This document shows positions 1 through 21,684 of a stretch of 64,000 nucleotides of DNA, in pieces. The DNA comes from Trichinella spiralis (Eukaryota): NCBI RefSeq assembly GCF_000181795.1, contig NW_003526943.1:1304487-1368486 (forward strand). Reading direction: 5' to 3'. How positions within the stretch are numbered: position 1 is the stretch's first letter; every line of letters starts with the position of its first letter. The position numbers and the translations under genes were made by a program. The notes beneath the pieces were generated by a model. That model did not search any database. It was not told the origin of the DNA and worked only from the letters and a program-made list of their open reading frames with translations.

Positions 1-216
1 GCTCCGGAAGATGTAATGAAAATTTTTGAGGAAAAGAAAAAAGAAATTGCAGAAATGGTTAAAGAGAGCCAAGTACGACGTTGCGAAAACAGTGAGAAGG
101 TTGAAGTTCCGGAGAAGAAGGTGAAGCTCAGCGTCACATTCAATCCTAACCCTCAGAAGAGAACCATCAAATGTGATTCATCCAAATGGGATATTCTTTA
201 TAACTGGCCGCACTAG
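1..216 (+). CDS. 3' terminal exon fragment of an unidentified gene entering from the left edge
   Basis: Open frame from base 1 (APEDVMKIFEEKKKE...WDILYNWPH*) with coding-like composition; AATAAA motifs at about 320-329. Confidence 0.5.
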   Translation, partial: APEDVMKIFEEKKKEIAEMVKESQVRRCENSEKVEVPEKKVKLSVTFNPNPQKRTIKCDSSKWDILYNWPH

Positions 217-868
217 AGAAACTGGAAAACATTATTATTACTATTATTGAGAAAGTGTATGATTTGCTACATCAGAGAATTGTATATAAAAATAACTGAA
301 TGATAATATTCTTCATCATAATAAATAAAGTTTTAACACGCAGAAAGTTTTGAGTAATTAATCAGTGCAAATGCACAAATAACGCGAAATTATATAAAAA
401 TATAAAACATTTCATTCTGAGAAACTTTCAAATTAAAAACTCAAACTAGCTATCCAAGCGTCGAACAAAAGCCATTCTTTGGCATATAGCCTATATTAAT
501 AATTACTTATATGTCATTTTCTGCATTGAATTCCATTTCCCATTCTGAATTCTCGCTTTTTTCACTTCAAGGCATGATTTCCCAGCTTCGAAGCTATGCA
601 AATATTCAACAAATCTATTTCACAAATAACAAAATGATAACAAAATAGCCCGTTTAACCACTGCTTAATGTTAGATGCTTCTGCCATGCTAAGAACAAAA
701 ATGTGAATTTGAAAAAGCACTGTTTCCAAAATGAATGCCATTTTAAAGTTAAAAAATAATAAATCTTTACACTTTATAAATTTGAATACCGTAGCACAAT
801 ATCGTTCAATAATCAAATACACAAAATTGACTGATATGATGACAGAGCGGAGAATCAATTTCACTGCT

Positions 869-2767
869 TCACTTCTTTGCAAGAACAGCATTTATTGAAT
901 CAATCTACAAATAAATCATTGAAGATTAATTCGCCAAAGATATAAAATTTACCTCGCTCCTCAAATTCGATTCCTTCACCTCATATTTTTCAATTTCAAC
1001 TGACAGTCGATCCTATAAAATCAGTTCACTTTATTCCATATTTGTGAAATATTTCAACAATTTCTATGTGCATACTCGTAAAATAGGATTTTTTAAAGTC
1101 GTAAGCTTTTGTTGACAATGTTTTCTTTCTTTTTCACACTCTATTAAACTGCTATGCAACTCAGCTAATCTTCGACGAATAGCACCTTCAATTAAGAAAC
1201 ATTTATAATTGTTTTTAGTTAAATTTCTTTACAAACAAAAAAATCACAACGAAATTGTTTACCTTCATCAACAGAACTACTACCATCTTTGGAGGATAAT
1301 TTCTCAACTGTTTCAGGGAAAGAAGTTGATCTGGATACAACGTTTTGTAAATCTTCGTCAAAACTTTCATCACTGCTAGTACTGAAATCTTCTCCGAAAA
1401 TTTTATCTACATCTGAAATCAATTACATACACCATTATCAATTATCAATGAAAAGAAAAATAGGCAAATCAATTGAGTCACTTACTTATTACTTCACTTT
1501 CGGAATTCGAACCATGCAAATCAGCAGTTTTCACAGCATTTGCACTGGTAGTGCTATTTCGAGATTGCGCTTCTTGATCGATTGATACAAGACAATATCT
1601 CAAAATTTACATATTTTGAAATAGTTATATTTTGATATATAAGCTTAAAATTTCATCATCACCCTAGGAAATTTCAAACTTCAAAAATCTTTCTGAATTA
1701 CCAATTATACAAATAAACTGTAATTAATGCAAATATAGAAGACCTACATTCGATGAAATAAAAGCGATAAATCTTTTGAATTAATGCACTACTGTAAACT
1801 AATATGCAATAGTTGTTGTACAATCTATCAAATTGAAACTAATTTTCCATATAATCTGTTCACTATTTAAACATTTTATTTTAAAATAGAAAAGCCATTC
1901 ACTTGACAGATGCACATTCGAGGTCCGACCGCAACAAAATTTTTAATTCTCTTTCAATTTCAGGAGCATCCATGTACTTAAAAGCAACTTTATTTACACA
2001 CTGCTTCACATTGTAATTGTTAAAAATTTTACCTTTTTTCTCAGAGTTTTGCGAAACCGGCGTCTTCGAACATTCTTCATTGGTGGTGTTACTAAAATTT
2101 CAAATAAAAATGTACCAACAACAAATGTAATTCATGAATTTTACTGGTTTCTTAAATTAAGTAAAAAAAACACTAAAACCAAAATTAATGCAACAACAAA
2201 TTATTATCGAATAAATTTTCACCAAATGCAATAAAAATTATAATAACGTACTTCCATGTGGCCACTGAAAGCGTTTTTCACATTTCTTGTCGTCATTCAG
2301 TGAATTGCTCTGCTTCGATTCATCATCCGATTTTTCACAAATAACCATCTGAGAAACATCAGTGACTTTGTAAAAATTCTTCTTATCCAAAGTTTTTTGC
2401 AATTCAACAACACAGGGTAAATCAACCAACTAAACATAAAATTTCAACACAAAATGACCATAATCAAAAAATAACACTCTTCTGTAAATAACTATGTAAA
2501 GTAATACCCGTCCTTTCAATTTCTTATCGCATAATTTGATTTCTGCTGTGTGAGTATCAACATCAACGAAGATCTTCAATTGCTTCTCAACATTGTCTTG
2601 TTCGAGCAATTTATTCAGCTGTTCTGCTTCTTCCTGACAAGCAAAACAATTAAAACAACATAATAATGCAAAAAAACTGTCCGCTTTACACTTGGAAGAC
2701 GTAAAATAAAATCACTTTCAATTTCTGGTGGCTGATCTTCTTCCTTGTATTTAGAAGAGTGATACAT
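869..2767 (-). CDS. TAF7: TFIID subunit 7 (TAF7), about 10 exons
   Basis: Spliced translation MYHSSKYKEEDQPPEIESDFILRLP...LVDLPCVVELQKTLDKKNFYKVTDVSQM...WPHG ITPPMKNVRRRRFRKTLRKK YMDAPEIERELKILLRSD matches the TAFII55_N signature, followed by an acidic linker and a coiled C-terminus ending IDSINAVLAKK*. Confidence 0.92.
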
Positions 2768-3336
2768 CTGTCTACTTTTTTCTGTCTACGCCAGTAAAAG
2801 CGAGCGTAAGAACAAAATCACATGTAGAGCAAAATGTTGCTGTTACAGTAATTTGGAAAAGTAGGCTACTAATGATAATTAAGAAAAATTGCTTACCACA
2901 AAAATAATTTTAAGAAATAAAATAAAATAAATAAAGATATTTATTAATAACTTATGAAATGTTTATATGAAAAATTTTTTTAGCCCATTATTTTTCATGT
3001 GGATTCAATGATTGCAACATATATTAAATCCCCTGATTTTAACATTTAACTTTAAAGCACCTTAAACAAATTGCAGAAATTTTAATTTTTAAAGTTAAAT
3101 TTTATTGTCAAGTTGCTTTAAATTTTTGATTAGTTTTGTCAAATAATTTTTCGCTTTATTTCTTGAAAGTTATCAACTTCGGGTAAGACGCTTTTACATT
3201 TAGTTATTTGATTATATATTATAATACTAATAATAATCAGTTTTATGTTTATGCAGTTAAAAATAAAAATTTCATTACTTAATATTATTCATTACTTTAC
3301 TGTTTAATGGTATTCTGTTTTAGTTTGTTGTGAGAA

Positions 3337-12497
<9,161 letters not shown>

Positions 12498-13003
12498 CTT
12501 TATTTCGCATGATTTTAATTTAAAATTATGACTAATAATTCATAATGATAATTTAATATTGATTGTTTTATGTGTAATGTAATGATTTAATAAATAATAT
12601 AGTATATAAATTTCATGCGTTTGGAATATTATCCAAAGAAACTTTATTAAATTTTGCAAATAAAAAGCTAGACTGTTATCCAAACACACATATAAAATCT
12701 AAATAAATATCAATAGGATGCATCCACACGCTTTTTGATAAATTCCCGGCGAGAAAGACGCACAAAATTATGTTTAAAAATTCCTTTTTAATTGCAAAAC
12801 TTTGCAAAAGATGCGGCAATGATGCTGGTTTATGAACCTTCATCATCCCACCCACGGCTCTTTCAAAGTTGATACAACCGATACAACCGTTTCAGTATTG
12901 AAATTTCTTCAGTAAGAAAATTTATAAAAATGCACACAATTAATTTTCCTCATATAATCTGTTCGTATATAAGAAGTTTATTTAAAACAAATAGCACTAT
13001 CTA

Positions 13004-13368
13004 TTACCAAAGCGAAAGTTGCAAACACGCCACAAACAAAGCAGACACAAACTGAATGAAGAACAGCTCCTGCACACCAGGAATAAACGGCACCGACTGA
13101 TAATAGCTAATGTGATTGTGCCCACGTTCTGAACGTTCCGGAATGGTGTCGTTCAACGGAAACCAATAAATATCTTGTATGTAGCAAAACTTTTCAGTAA
13201 TTTCCTCCCAAGCGTATTTAAATTCCTCTGGCATCCAGCATTCGATTGCTTGCCCAATCCACGGGCTGTACTGATGATAAGTGGGAACAGAAGCAACAAT
13301 GACGGAGTGTAAAAATAATTCGATCTGTCTACGACATCATTATCAACAGTTGGCTTGTGTGCATTCAT
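13004..13368 (-). pseudogene. Innexin pseudogene (N-terminal TM1-TM2 part only)
   Basis: DNDVVDRSNYFYTPSLLLLFPLIIST, frameshift near 13265, then WIGQAIECWMPEEFKYAWEEITEKFCYIQDIYW...ISYYQSVPF. This is the innexin DDxxDRLNY..IECW..YCW..YYQWVPF pattern with a W>S change; no intact remainder of the gene is visible. Confidence 0.85.
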
Positions 13369-16084
13369 TGCAGAACCAAAAATGTTCAGTTAATTCAAAA
13401 AGTTTAATTCTTTCCGTATTAAGTAAATGAAATTTTTTAAAATACAAGAAACAATAGTATATGCAGAAACTTTATTTTATAATGTTAATAGCATTCTTAA
13501 GAGAAAAAATTCAGTCAAAGTCAAACATTTTTTATTTTTAAGGATAAAACAGTTCTTTTAGAAATATAAATAAACACTTCATTATTACTTTGAAATAGCA
13601 TTAAATTCAAATTAAACAAAACGGATGCATAAAAGCAGGTATCACCTGAAGTTATCAGCGATTTAGTTGTCTTATGTACCATTTGAAAAATTTTAAATAA
13701 TTTTACTTCACTTAATTGAAAGTGTAAATTGACTAGTAAATTAATGAAAATTATTTCCTGGATAAATGAAATGCATACATGCAAAGAAATCCTTTATGTG
13801 AAATCAGTTCATGTCAAAAAAATTTTTATTGTAAAGTAGTAAAATTTTCAGTACTGAAAAATTGTTAAAATTTTAAAGTACAATTTATTTTTTGATATTT
13901 TTTATCAACTGTAAAGTCATAATACTGATGGCGAATACTGTTTCCGGTCTGCTGAATAATGTAATTTTTTTCAAATTTTAAGTTTTTTTCTGTGAGAAAA
14001 AGAATTTTTACTAAAGAAATGGAAAAGAAATACAATTTAATGCTTTTTTAAGTAGAAGTCAAGTAAATGGGTAAAAATTAATGTCAAACACAAAGTCCAG
14101 GAAGTTGTTTAATAGTTAAAAAATATTTACAATGTTGTGATGCTTGATGTGATGTGATGTGATGTGTAATGTAATTCTTTTTTTATTTTTCGCTTAAAAA
14201 GATACAATATGCTTCAGCAGTAGTTGCTGAGAAAGGTAGAAACCAGACCTTATAAAAATGAGCCACTTATAGAATAAGTTTTTCTGAAACATTTTTTTGG
14301 AATATGTTGTTGTTGCTGATGAAAGTTAATTTAAGACACCTGAATAGATATACGTTTACCTGTTTTATTAATAGGGCTTTTAACGTACAGATAAATTATC
14401 ACATTATACATGTAATATACATTTTAAACTTTTGGGAAAAGTGCTTGCAAAAAATGCTTTCCAGTTACTGAATCAAAAAAGCAACAACGTTGATTATGCA
14501 TATTGGCTTGAACTCATATCCACTTTTTTGCAAATGTTTTCAATCATATGAAAATAATGGCAAAACTTTTAAAATCACCAATATTTAAATGTTAATTTTA
14601 AATTTCTGTCATTTTTGCATTCCTTATCTATGAGTTTTATCTTGTTTATTTATTAAATTTTACAATGCATCCTCCTTTGTTCTAAAAGAGATAAAAATAT
14701 TCTATGAACGATATAATTCAGCAGCTACATCTTAAATTAAGAAAATTATCCAAGAATACTTGATGCTTCACATCCAAATACATGCTGATATCCACAAAAA
14801 TAGCTAATTTTTGAATATAAATTATTATATTTCAATGTAACTGCTTAAGGTTTTTAAAATGAAATTGTAGCCTAAAATCATGATATCACCATTACTCATA
14901 ATTATACTTTGTATACAAATTATAAGTGCATTCTATTTTATTTTGCTAAATACATGCATATAAAGGCACAGTGATAAATCATGCACAATAAATGAAAAAT
15001 GAAGCTTATGAATTGACAATAAAAGCTTTATGGACTTAATCTAGTACAGTTATAAAGATATTTTATAATTGTTTTGCGCGGCTATATGAAGAATGCGAAA
15101 AAAATATTTAAAGAGTTTAAAATTGCAAGTAATGTTTTACAATTAAGTGAAAATTTTAATTATCAGTATTCAAATGGATGAAATTATCAAACTTTACTTT
15201 ATCTGTTTAAATTTAACAAATCACGGTTAATTTATGACAAATTATTATCAGAAGAAAACATCTAAAGATTATCTACAATCATTGCCAAACACGTGAAATT
15301 GGTTTCATATAGAAAAAAATTTTTTTAAGCAAATAATAATCAAAAATTAAAAGCATTGGGTCAGTTTGAAATGTAAACTTGTCCCCAACCTCTGCGTGGA
15401 AAATATTTCTCATTCAAAAAGCAGCATTACCGAAAAACTTTGGGTGGAACAATCACTGCAGGTCACTGTTACGATGAGATCTGGGTCAGATGCTCTCCAT
15501 TTCCAAAGGACAATTCCAATCATAAATGTTTTCATTACAATTCTTTAAAAAATTTTGAATTTACAACATATTAGCATAATAATATTTTAAAATAATTAAT
15601 GAATAGCAAAAAGATGATCTACATGCATATACATACATATATGCATGTGCATGCGCTTGTGCAGGGGTGTGTGAATATAAATATATAAACATGTACATAT
15701 ATAAGGAGCAGTTCATTAATTAATTTGATAGGGTTGAAATAAATGAGTTTTTCTGCATGACCTTTTTGAATTTTGTTACGTTGCATTGACAAATAGCACG
15801 TCACAAGGTATCGACATCAGATTTGTCAGAGACTCAATGCAACGGTTGCTGACCCTATTACACCCCAGTGATTGGTGCTCTCCAATAGCAGTGACAGCTG
15901 TCAAGAAAGAATAGATAAAAACTAGTCTAAAATGCTTTTAAAGTCGGCGACAAGTCTGCAAAATCATTCTCAACTGATTGGACGACAACCAGAGAGAGGA
16001 AATCTTAAAATCAAGAAGCAAAATCAAAAGAACACTCGCAACCAGAAGAAGCTACTAAACTACACGTTTGGAGTTCAGAAGCTG

Positions 16085-19000
16085 ATGATGTTCCCTTCGC
16101 TATTGCCGGTGCTTTCAGTTTTACTGCTTTTCTCAAATGTTAATTCACAAACTGAATCCATTTCCAAAAAAGCGCTAGATGCATTCAGTCGAATACCCTC
16201 ATGTAAGTTAGACATTGCATACTGTTTTCGGATGCATTTTTATTTTAAGCTTATATTTGTTGAAAATGTTTTAGGCGCAAAACCATCAATTGGAGGAAGA
16301 TGGGTTGACACAGGTGCAATTGGTCTTTGCGGAACACGTTTCTGCCGACTTCCTGAAGAATTTTGTGCATCTCGAGATTCTGAATCAGATAATCCAGAAT
16401 TTCTGGAATGCGTTACGCGTAAGTAATTGGATTTATTTTGATATAATATATTGCAACCATAGTAAATAAACCATTCTATCATCATTAAATATAACAATCA
16501 GTCATATTTTAATGCTTTTTTGCTTTGAAGGCATTTGCTTGCATTGATTTGCCTTGTTTAAACGCAAAATTGTTATTTAATAATTTCCCAAACACTGCTA
16601 TATGTGATCTGTCCAACAGTCTCATATATAGAATTCATGTTTCATAAGACAAAACGGGAAAGCATTCATTCTAAAATGAGAATAAATAATAGTTCTCTTT
16701 TTTTTGCTTTATTTGAACAATGTAAGCGATCATTACTTGCAGGTTACAAGATACCTAGTAATATTAAGAATAAGAAATTATGATCAGTCAAGTACGCAAT
16801 CAGAGTGGAAAATTGAGATGTCATAGGTTTTCAATCTAGAATTTTTAAAATGAAAACCCAACTTTAACAACTTGCCCAAGTGTACTATTTAGCATTGTTG
16901 TCTTCGCTAAAAGGTATAACTTTCACTTTGTAAACTTTCATTTTGAATCAATAAATAACTGTCTAAACAGAAAAGAAATAAGTAATTTTATTAACGTAAC
17001 TTTAATCATAAATTAACATCTATGAAGCACCCAGTGGGACTATTGAAAGGAAGAAACTGGACGGCAATTCTGTCCATGCTGAGTGATACATTTTACCCTA
17101 TTTTTGACCATTGGATTCATCCAGTCATGATTGTAATAGTCAGCATTTAATTTTAAGCATGACCAAAATTGGTCAAAAGTGGCGGATTGTTTGCAGACCA
17201 TTTAAGACAACCACTGGTCCTTGCAACTCTTTATTAATTCGCCTCGATTGATTTTCAGGTCAAACGAAGACTATTTATGCATATTACAACAGTACACACC
17301 TTTCGAAAGTATTTCCGGTTGACCTGTCACTACATATAATAGTCACTTTCCCACCTAATCTGTAAAAAGTGACGCGCTAAATCTGTAAAATATAATCGAT
17401 GATATTATTAATGCCAATTTGAGAAAGTCATCATTACTCAATAATAATTTTTCCAAATTGAAATCAGTATTCTTCCTTTTTTAATACATTTGGAGAAGAG
17501 TAATATTTATTCATAAATATCATATCAAAAAATGCACCATTATTTTTATTTGTTGACATTGTTTAAACTAAAATTACCAAATTACGGAAGCAATGTTTAA
17601 ATTAATTTTCACGCTTCAACATTTAAAAAACTGCTTTATTTATTTGTTTATTTATTTTTAGTCAGTCAGCACTGTCAGTCTGTACTTATGGTTGCTGCTT
17701 CTTCAAAATCTCTTCCAGCAAAAACTAATAATGGTATATTGTTTGACTTGAAAACTATTACTGCTAATTTCATTTAAATGTTTTTAGTTGCTCAACCTCC
17801 CCAACATTCTCAATGTGAAGACAAGCATCAATTTTGTTGTTTCTGGGCATATTATGGTGAATGTGATAAAAATGCAAAGTTTATGAAATCTCTATGTCAA
17901 AAGTCATGTGGAACTTGCGAATGCAATGGTATTCACTGAAATACTATTATACTTGCTTCATTAATTACTAGGCTTATCTAGAATCCGATAAATCTCTTTG
18001 CCCAGTTGAACTCAACGTAGAAAACTGCAAGTGGACTCCAGCAGCAAGTAAGCAATCCCCTCATAATTAATAAGCTAAATAATTAAAACGTATTATAAAT
18101 TATATGTAAAGTAATTGAAATTTTCAGCTTAGATATAATATTAAGTTTCATTTCTTTTATACTTCTGAAACGTTATACGTAAAAGGGTATGTTATCGTTA
18201 TTATGAACTATTTGAATACTTTTAGCAAGAAAAAGAGAAATTGCTGAAGGTTCTTCAAACATTCAAAGTCAGCCTAATTTAGGACGTTCAGCGTATGGCA
18301 GCATGGGGGGAAATGGGGGAGGAAGTCCAGTGATGAACTCCCCAGGAAGTAAATTACTTTTATTGCCGTTCTAATAATATTGTTTAAGCATTTTTTGATT
18401 AGCTTATTGCATTCCAACTGCAACTAATCCATGCGGCTATTGGCCTATTCCAGAAAGCCCCACCCTTCAAAGTGGAGGTTCTCCTATGCCTTCATCACCA
18501 TATGGTTTGTCAATTTCTTTTTGTTGATGATTTAATAATTAGAAATCTTTAATATTTTTTCTTTCTTATTATATTATCGAACTATTTTATTTGTAAAAAA
18601 TGATTTACATTTAGAAGGTATGCCAACCCAACCCGTGCGTCCAATGGTTTTACCAGCACCAGTACCTAGACCATCATATGGTATTTTGTTGTCTTTTCAA
18701 AAAATTTAATTTTATAATGATAATTCAGAGCAAGTTTTAAATACCATAAAATACCATAAAACTTTTAAATACAAGTTTGAGTTTAAACTTAAAGCATACA
18801 TATTTCATAAAAACTGAAACCTAATTTTTATGAAATTGTATGCATAATTACTGTATTTAAAGTTTTACGTATTTTGTGTAATAGAAAAAATTACATTTTT
18901 GCATACTCAGTTTTGGAAACTTTAAAGTTGTGACTAAATTTGCAAAATTCTAAAATTGACGATAACCACATAAACTAATAACATGAAAACATGCTAGTAT

Positions 19001-20428
19001 AAATATAATGCAAATAATAAATCATAGTAAACTTTAAGGCAGCCCTCCTCAACCTGCTGGACCAACACCTTACCCAGGCAGTAGGCAAGAAGGATATGGT
19101 TAGTATTTAATGCACATACTTGTGAAACTTAAAAAATATGCATAATGATTTTTGTCGTTTTTCTAATATTTTTGAATGAGAAAATTTATTAGTAATTACA
19201 GTCAATAACTAATTTTATTTTTGATGGATTACATAATCACATTTGATAAATAAAAAGATTTATAAAAATACATAAATAGATAAATGTATATGTATATATT
19301 CTGTTTAGGTATGAAATTTATTCTTCACATATTAATTTCTTTCATGACATTTTATTCAATTTTACGTATCATTTTAGCTCAACCTCAACCAGTTTTGATT
19401 ACACCAGGACCACCTTCAACATACAGTAAGAATACAAATAATTTACATTTACAAATAATACTAAATAGAATTTCTAGGCAATGTGATGTATTATATATAA
19501 AAATAGATTTCGAATCGCAAATGATTGACTAAAATAAAATATTTTTAATAGAAAAATAATTGTTATCATTATTATTGTAATTATTCATTTTAAAAATAGT
19601 TCTTGAATTAAAGAAGATACCTAATGTTAATTATATAACACATATCATGCAGCATGAATGCGCTACACATGTCAATACCATGCATTTAAATTTTAAAATA
19701 TTGCCTACTGTTTTAAATATGCTTTAAAAGATAGTTATAGTAATAACAATAAATAACTTTAGTGGAGCCTGTAAGACAGCCTACCGCACATGCAGTATCA
19801 CCTTATGGTATGATATTACAAGAGTACTTGCACTTACTAAAGTGAGGATTATTAATGAGCATTGTAGGCACAGCAGGTGTTCAACAAGCACCATCTCCTC
19901 CTTATGGTAAATAAATTAAGAAATTATCATACTTATATTATATGTACCGTTATTAAAGGACAACCAGTACAACCTGCTCCTCCAGTTTCACCTTCATATG
20001 CTGCAGGTACTTTAATCATTTAGGATGCTAGAGTAAATTTCAAAAACTAAAAGTAAGACGGTTATAATAAATCATAACTTATAATAAACAAATAATAATA
20101 ACATTGGCTTGATTTTTTAATGCAGATTTACTCCTAGTAAAAGATTTGTATCAAATTATTACACTAAAAGCAAGCGAGTAAATGCTATTATTTACTTTAT
20201 TACTTTGATTAAAAACATATGAAAATATAGATTAGTCCTATTTTAAATTTAAGTTCAAAATATAGAAAATTTACGTTATTAAAGTTATGGGATGATTAAC
20301 TTCATTAAATTCCAACCATAATTCTTATTCATTATAGTCAAAATTTAAATTCCTTTGTTTTTCTTAATATGTATCATTTGATTTTCTAGGACAAATGAAA
20401 ATTAGTGTCCCTGCACCGCCAACTTACG
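16085..20428 (+). CDS. Secreted ShKT-domain protein with a Pro/Gly/Tyr-rich micro-exon tail (terminal exon not determined)
   Basis: Exons 16085-16202 (signal peptide MMFPSLLPVLSVLLLFSNVNS), 16275-16418, 17662-17733, 17788-17928 (ShKT), 17982-18047, 18226-18348, 18403-18504, 18615-18680, 19039-19098, 19378-19425, 19763-19807, 19868-19906, 19959-20006, 20390-20428. All introns are GT-AG and phase 1, and the frame is open throughout. Confidence 0.8.
17814..17918 (+). other. ShKT (SXC) domain coding segment
   Basis: CEDKHQFCCFWAYYGECDKNAKFMKSLCQKSCGTC fits CxD....C..WA..GEC..N..FM...C.KSCG.C. Confidence 0.92.
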
Positions 20429-21684
20429 GTAAGTAATGTATTTAATGCGTTTTTATTTCAAAGAAAGTATAACAGCACTGAATTAAACTGAATGACAGTT
20501 GAGTGTATAAATATAGGAATAGTATATTTAGTCTATTTAAATTTGTATGATCATGCCTATTTTGTACAACATTTTTTAAGTAATATTTATGCTCAATGTA
20601 ACATTACAGTAGTCATTTGAAGATGGTAATTAAGAGGGACAATAAAATGACTTTTATAAAACTTTTTATGAAATATTTTAAATGCCATGTGTATGCTGCA
20701 GGCTTTAAAATTCTCAAGTAATTGATTTTTCTTTGAGAAAAAAGTGATAAATTGCACAAAGATAAGTATCTTCAGCAAAGAAAGTTCTATTTTAGTTTTT
20801 CTTTATGCTATTTATTTTTATTTAGAATGTATAAGAAAACATTTTGCAACATAATATAGTTGTATGAAACTATTGTGAAATACTTTAATATAATGAATTG
20901 TCAAATTTAAAAAATTCTTGATTAATACAATTTAGTACTAATGAATTTTTTACTTCGAAGCAATGCATTTTGATAGATAAAATTAGGTAACAAGGTTCTT
21001 TATAATTTGAACATAATTAACGAATCATTTCACCTAATTATTCACCTATCTTCTTTTTTATGAATTTCCGTAGTCTAAAACATTGCAACTATGTGCTTAG
21101 CGGTGTGCAGTGAGTATAAAGAATGTCATTAATAAAATGCATCTGCTCATAATGTCTCACCTATTTTTATCAAAATATTTAATGATTATGGATCTTTAAT
21201 GTTCGTTATGTATTTGTTTTTATATGTAGATATACAGATATATGTCTTCTTAACAATACAGTATAACACCGAATATATTTTGATTTTGGAGAATTGTAAC
21301 AAACTTTTCAATTTTCACATCATGAACAGCAGATAATATGAATGAAATATATTTATACAAGAGCAGGAAATATGAAAATAAAAAAATCGTCACATAATTC
21401 GCTTGCATTTGGAACTTAATTTTCCCTTAGTAGGCCACTAATACTGCTTTATTAAAATTTGAAGAATTTAATTCTTTTCTATTTTCATAACGCCATTGTT
21501 GCCCTGATGTTCCACATTAAGAGTTTTTTCGCCTGATTCTTGATTGACCTACACGATAAAAGCGCATCCTCTTTACCTGCTTTGACCGTGAATGCTACCT
21601 GCTGTCAACTTGGTCGCGTCCGCGATATTTTGACTAAACTATAAGTAGGGGGCAAACATTGACTCATTTTCAAATTTAACGAAA

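Noticed and set aside
562..891. 109-aa minus-strand ORF
   Set aside because: It lies in the TAF7 3' UTR in another frame, with no recognisable motif.
15932..16084. N-terminal extension of ORF 15932-16426
   Set aside because: The signal peptide begins at ATG 16085/16088; the upstream part looks like promoter or 5' UTR, and the ORF also reads through intron 16203-16274.
17030..17400. GC-richer intronic patch with a short inverted repeat (TTTTGACCA/TGGTCAAAA) as a MITE or ncRNA
   Set aside because: Only a 9-nt inverted repeat, with no target-site duplication or extended hairpin; better explained as a possible enhancer.
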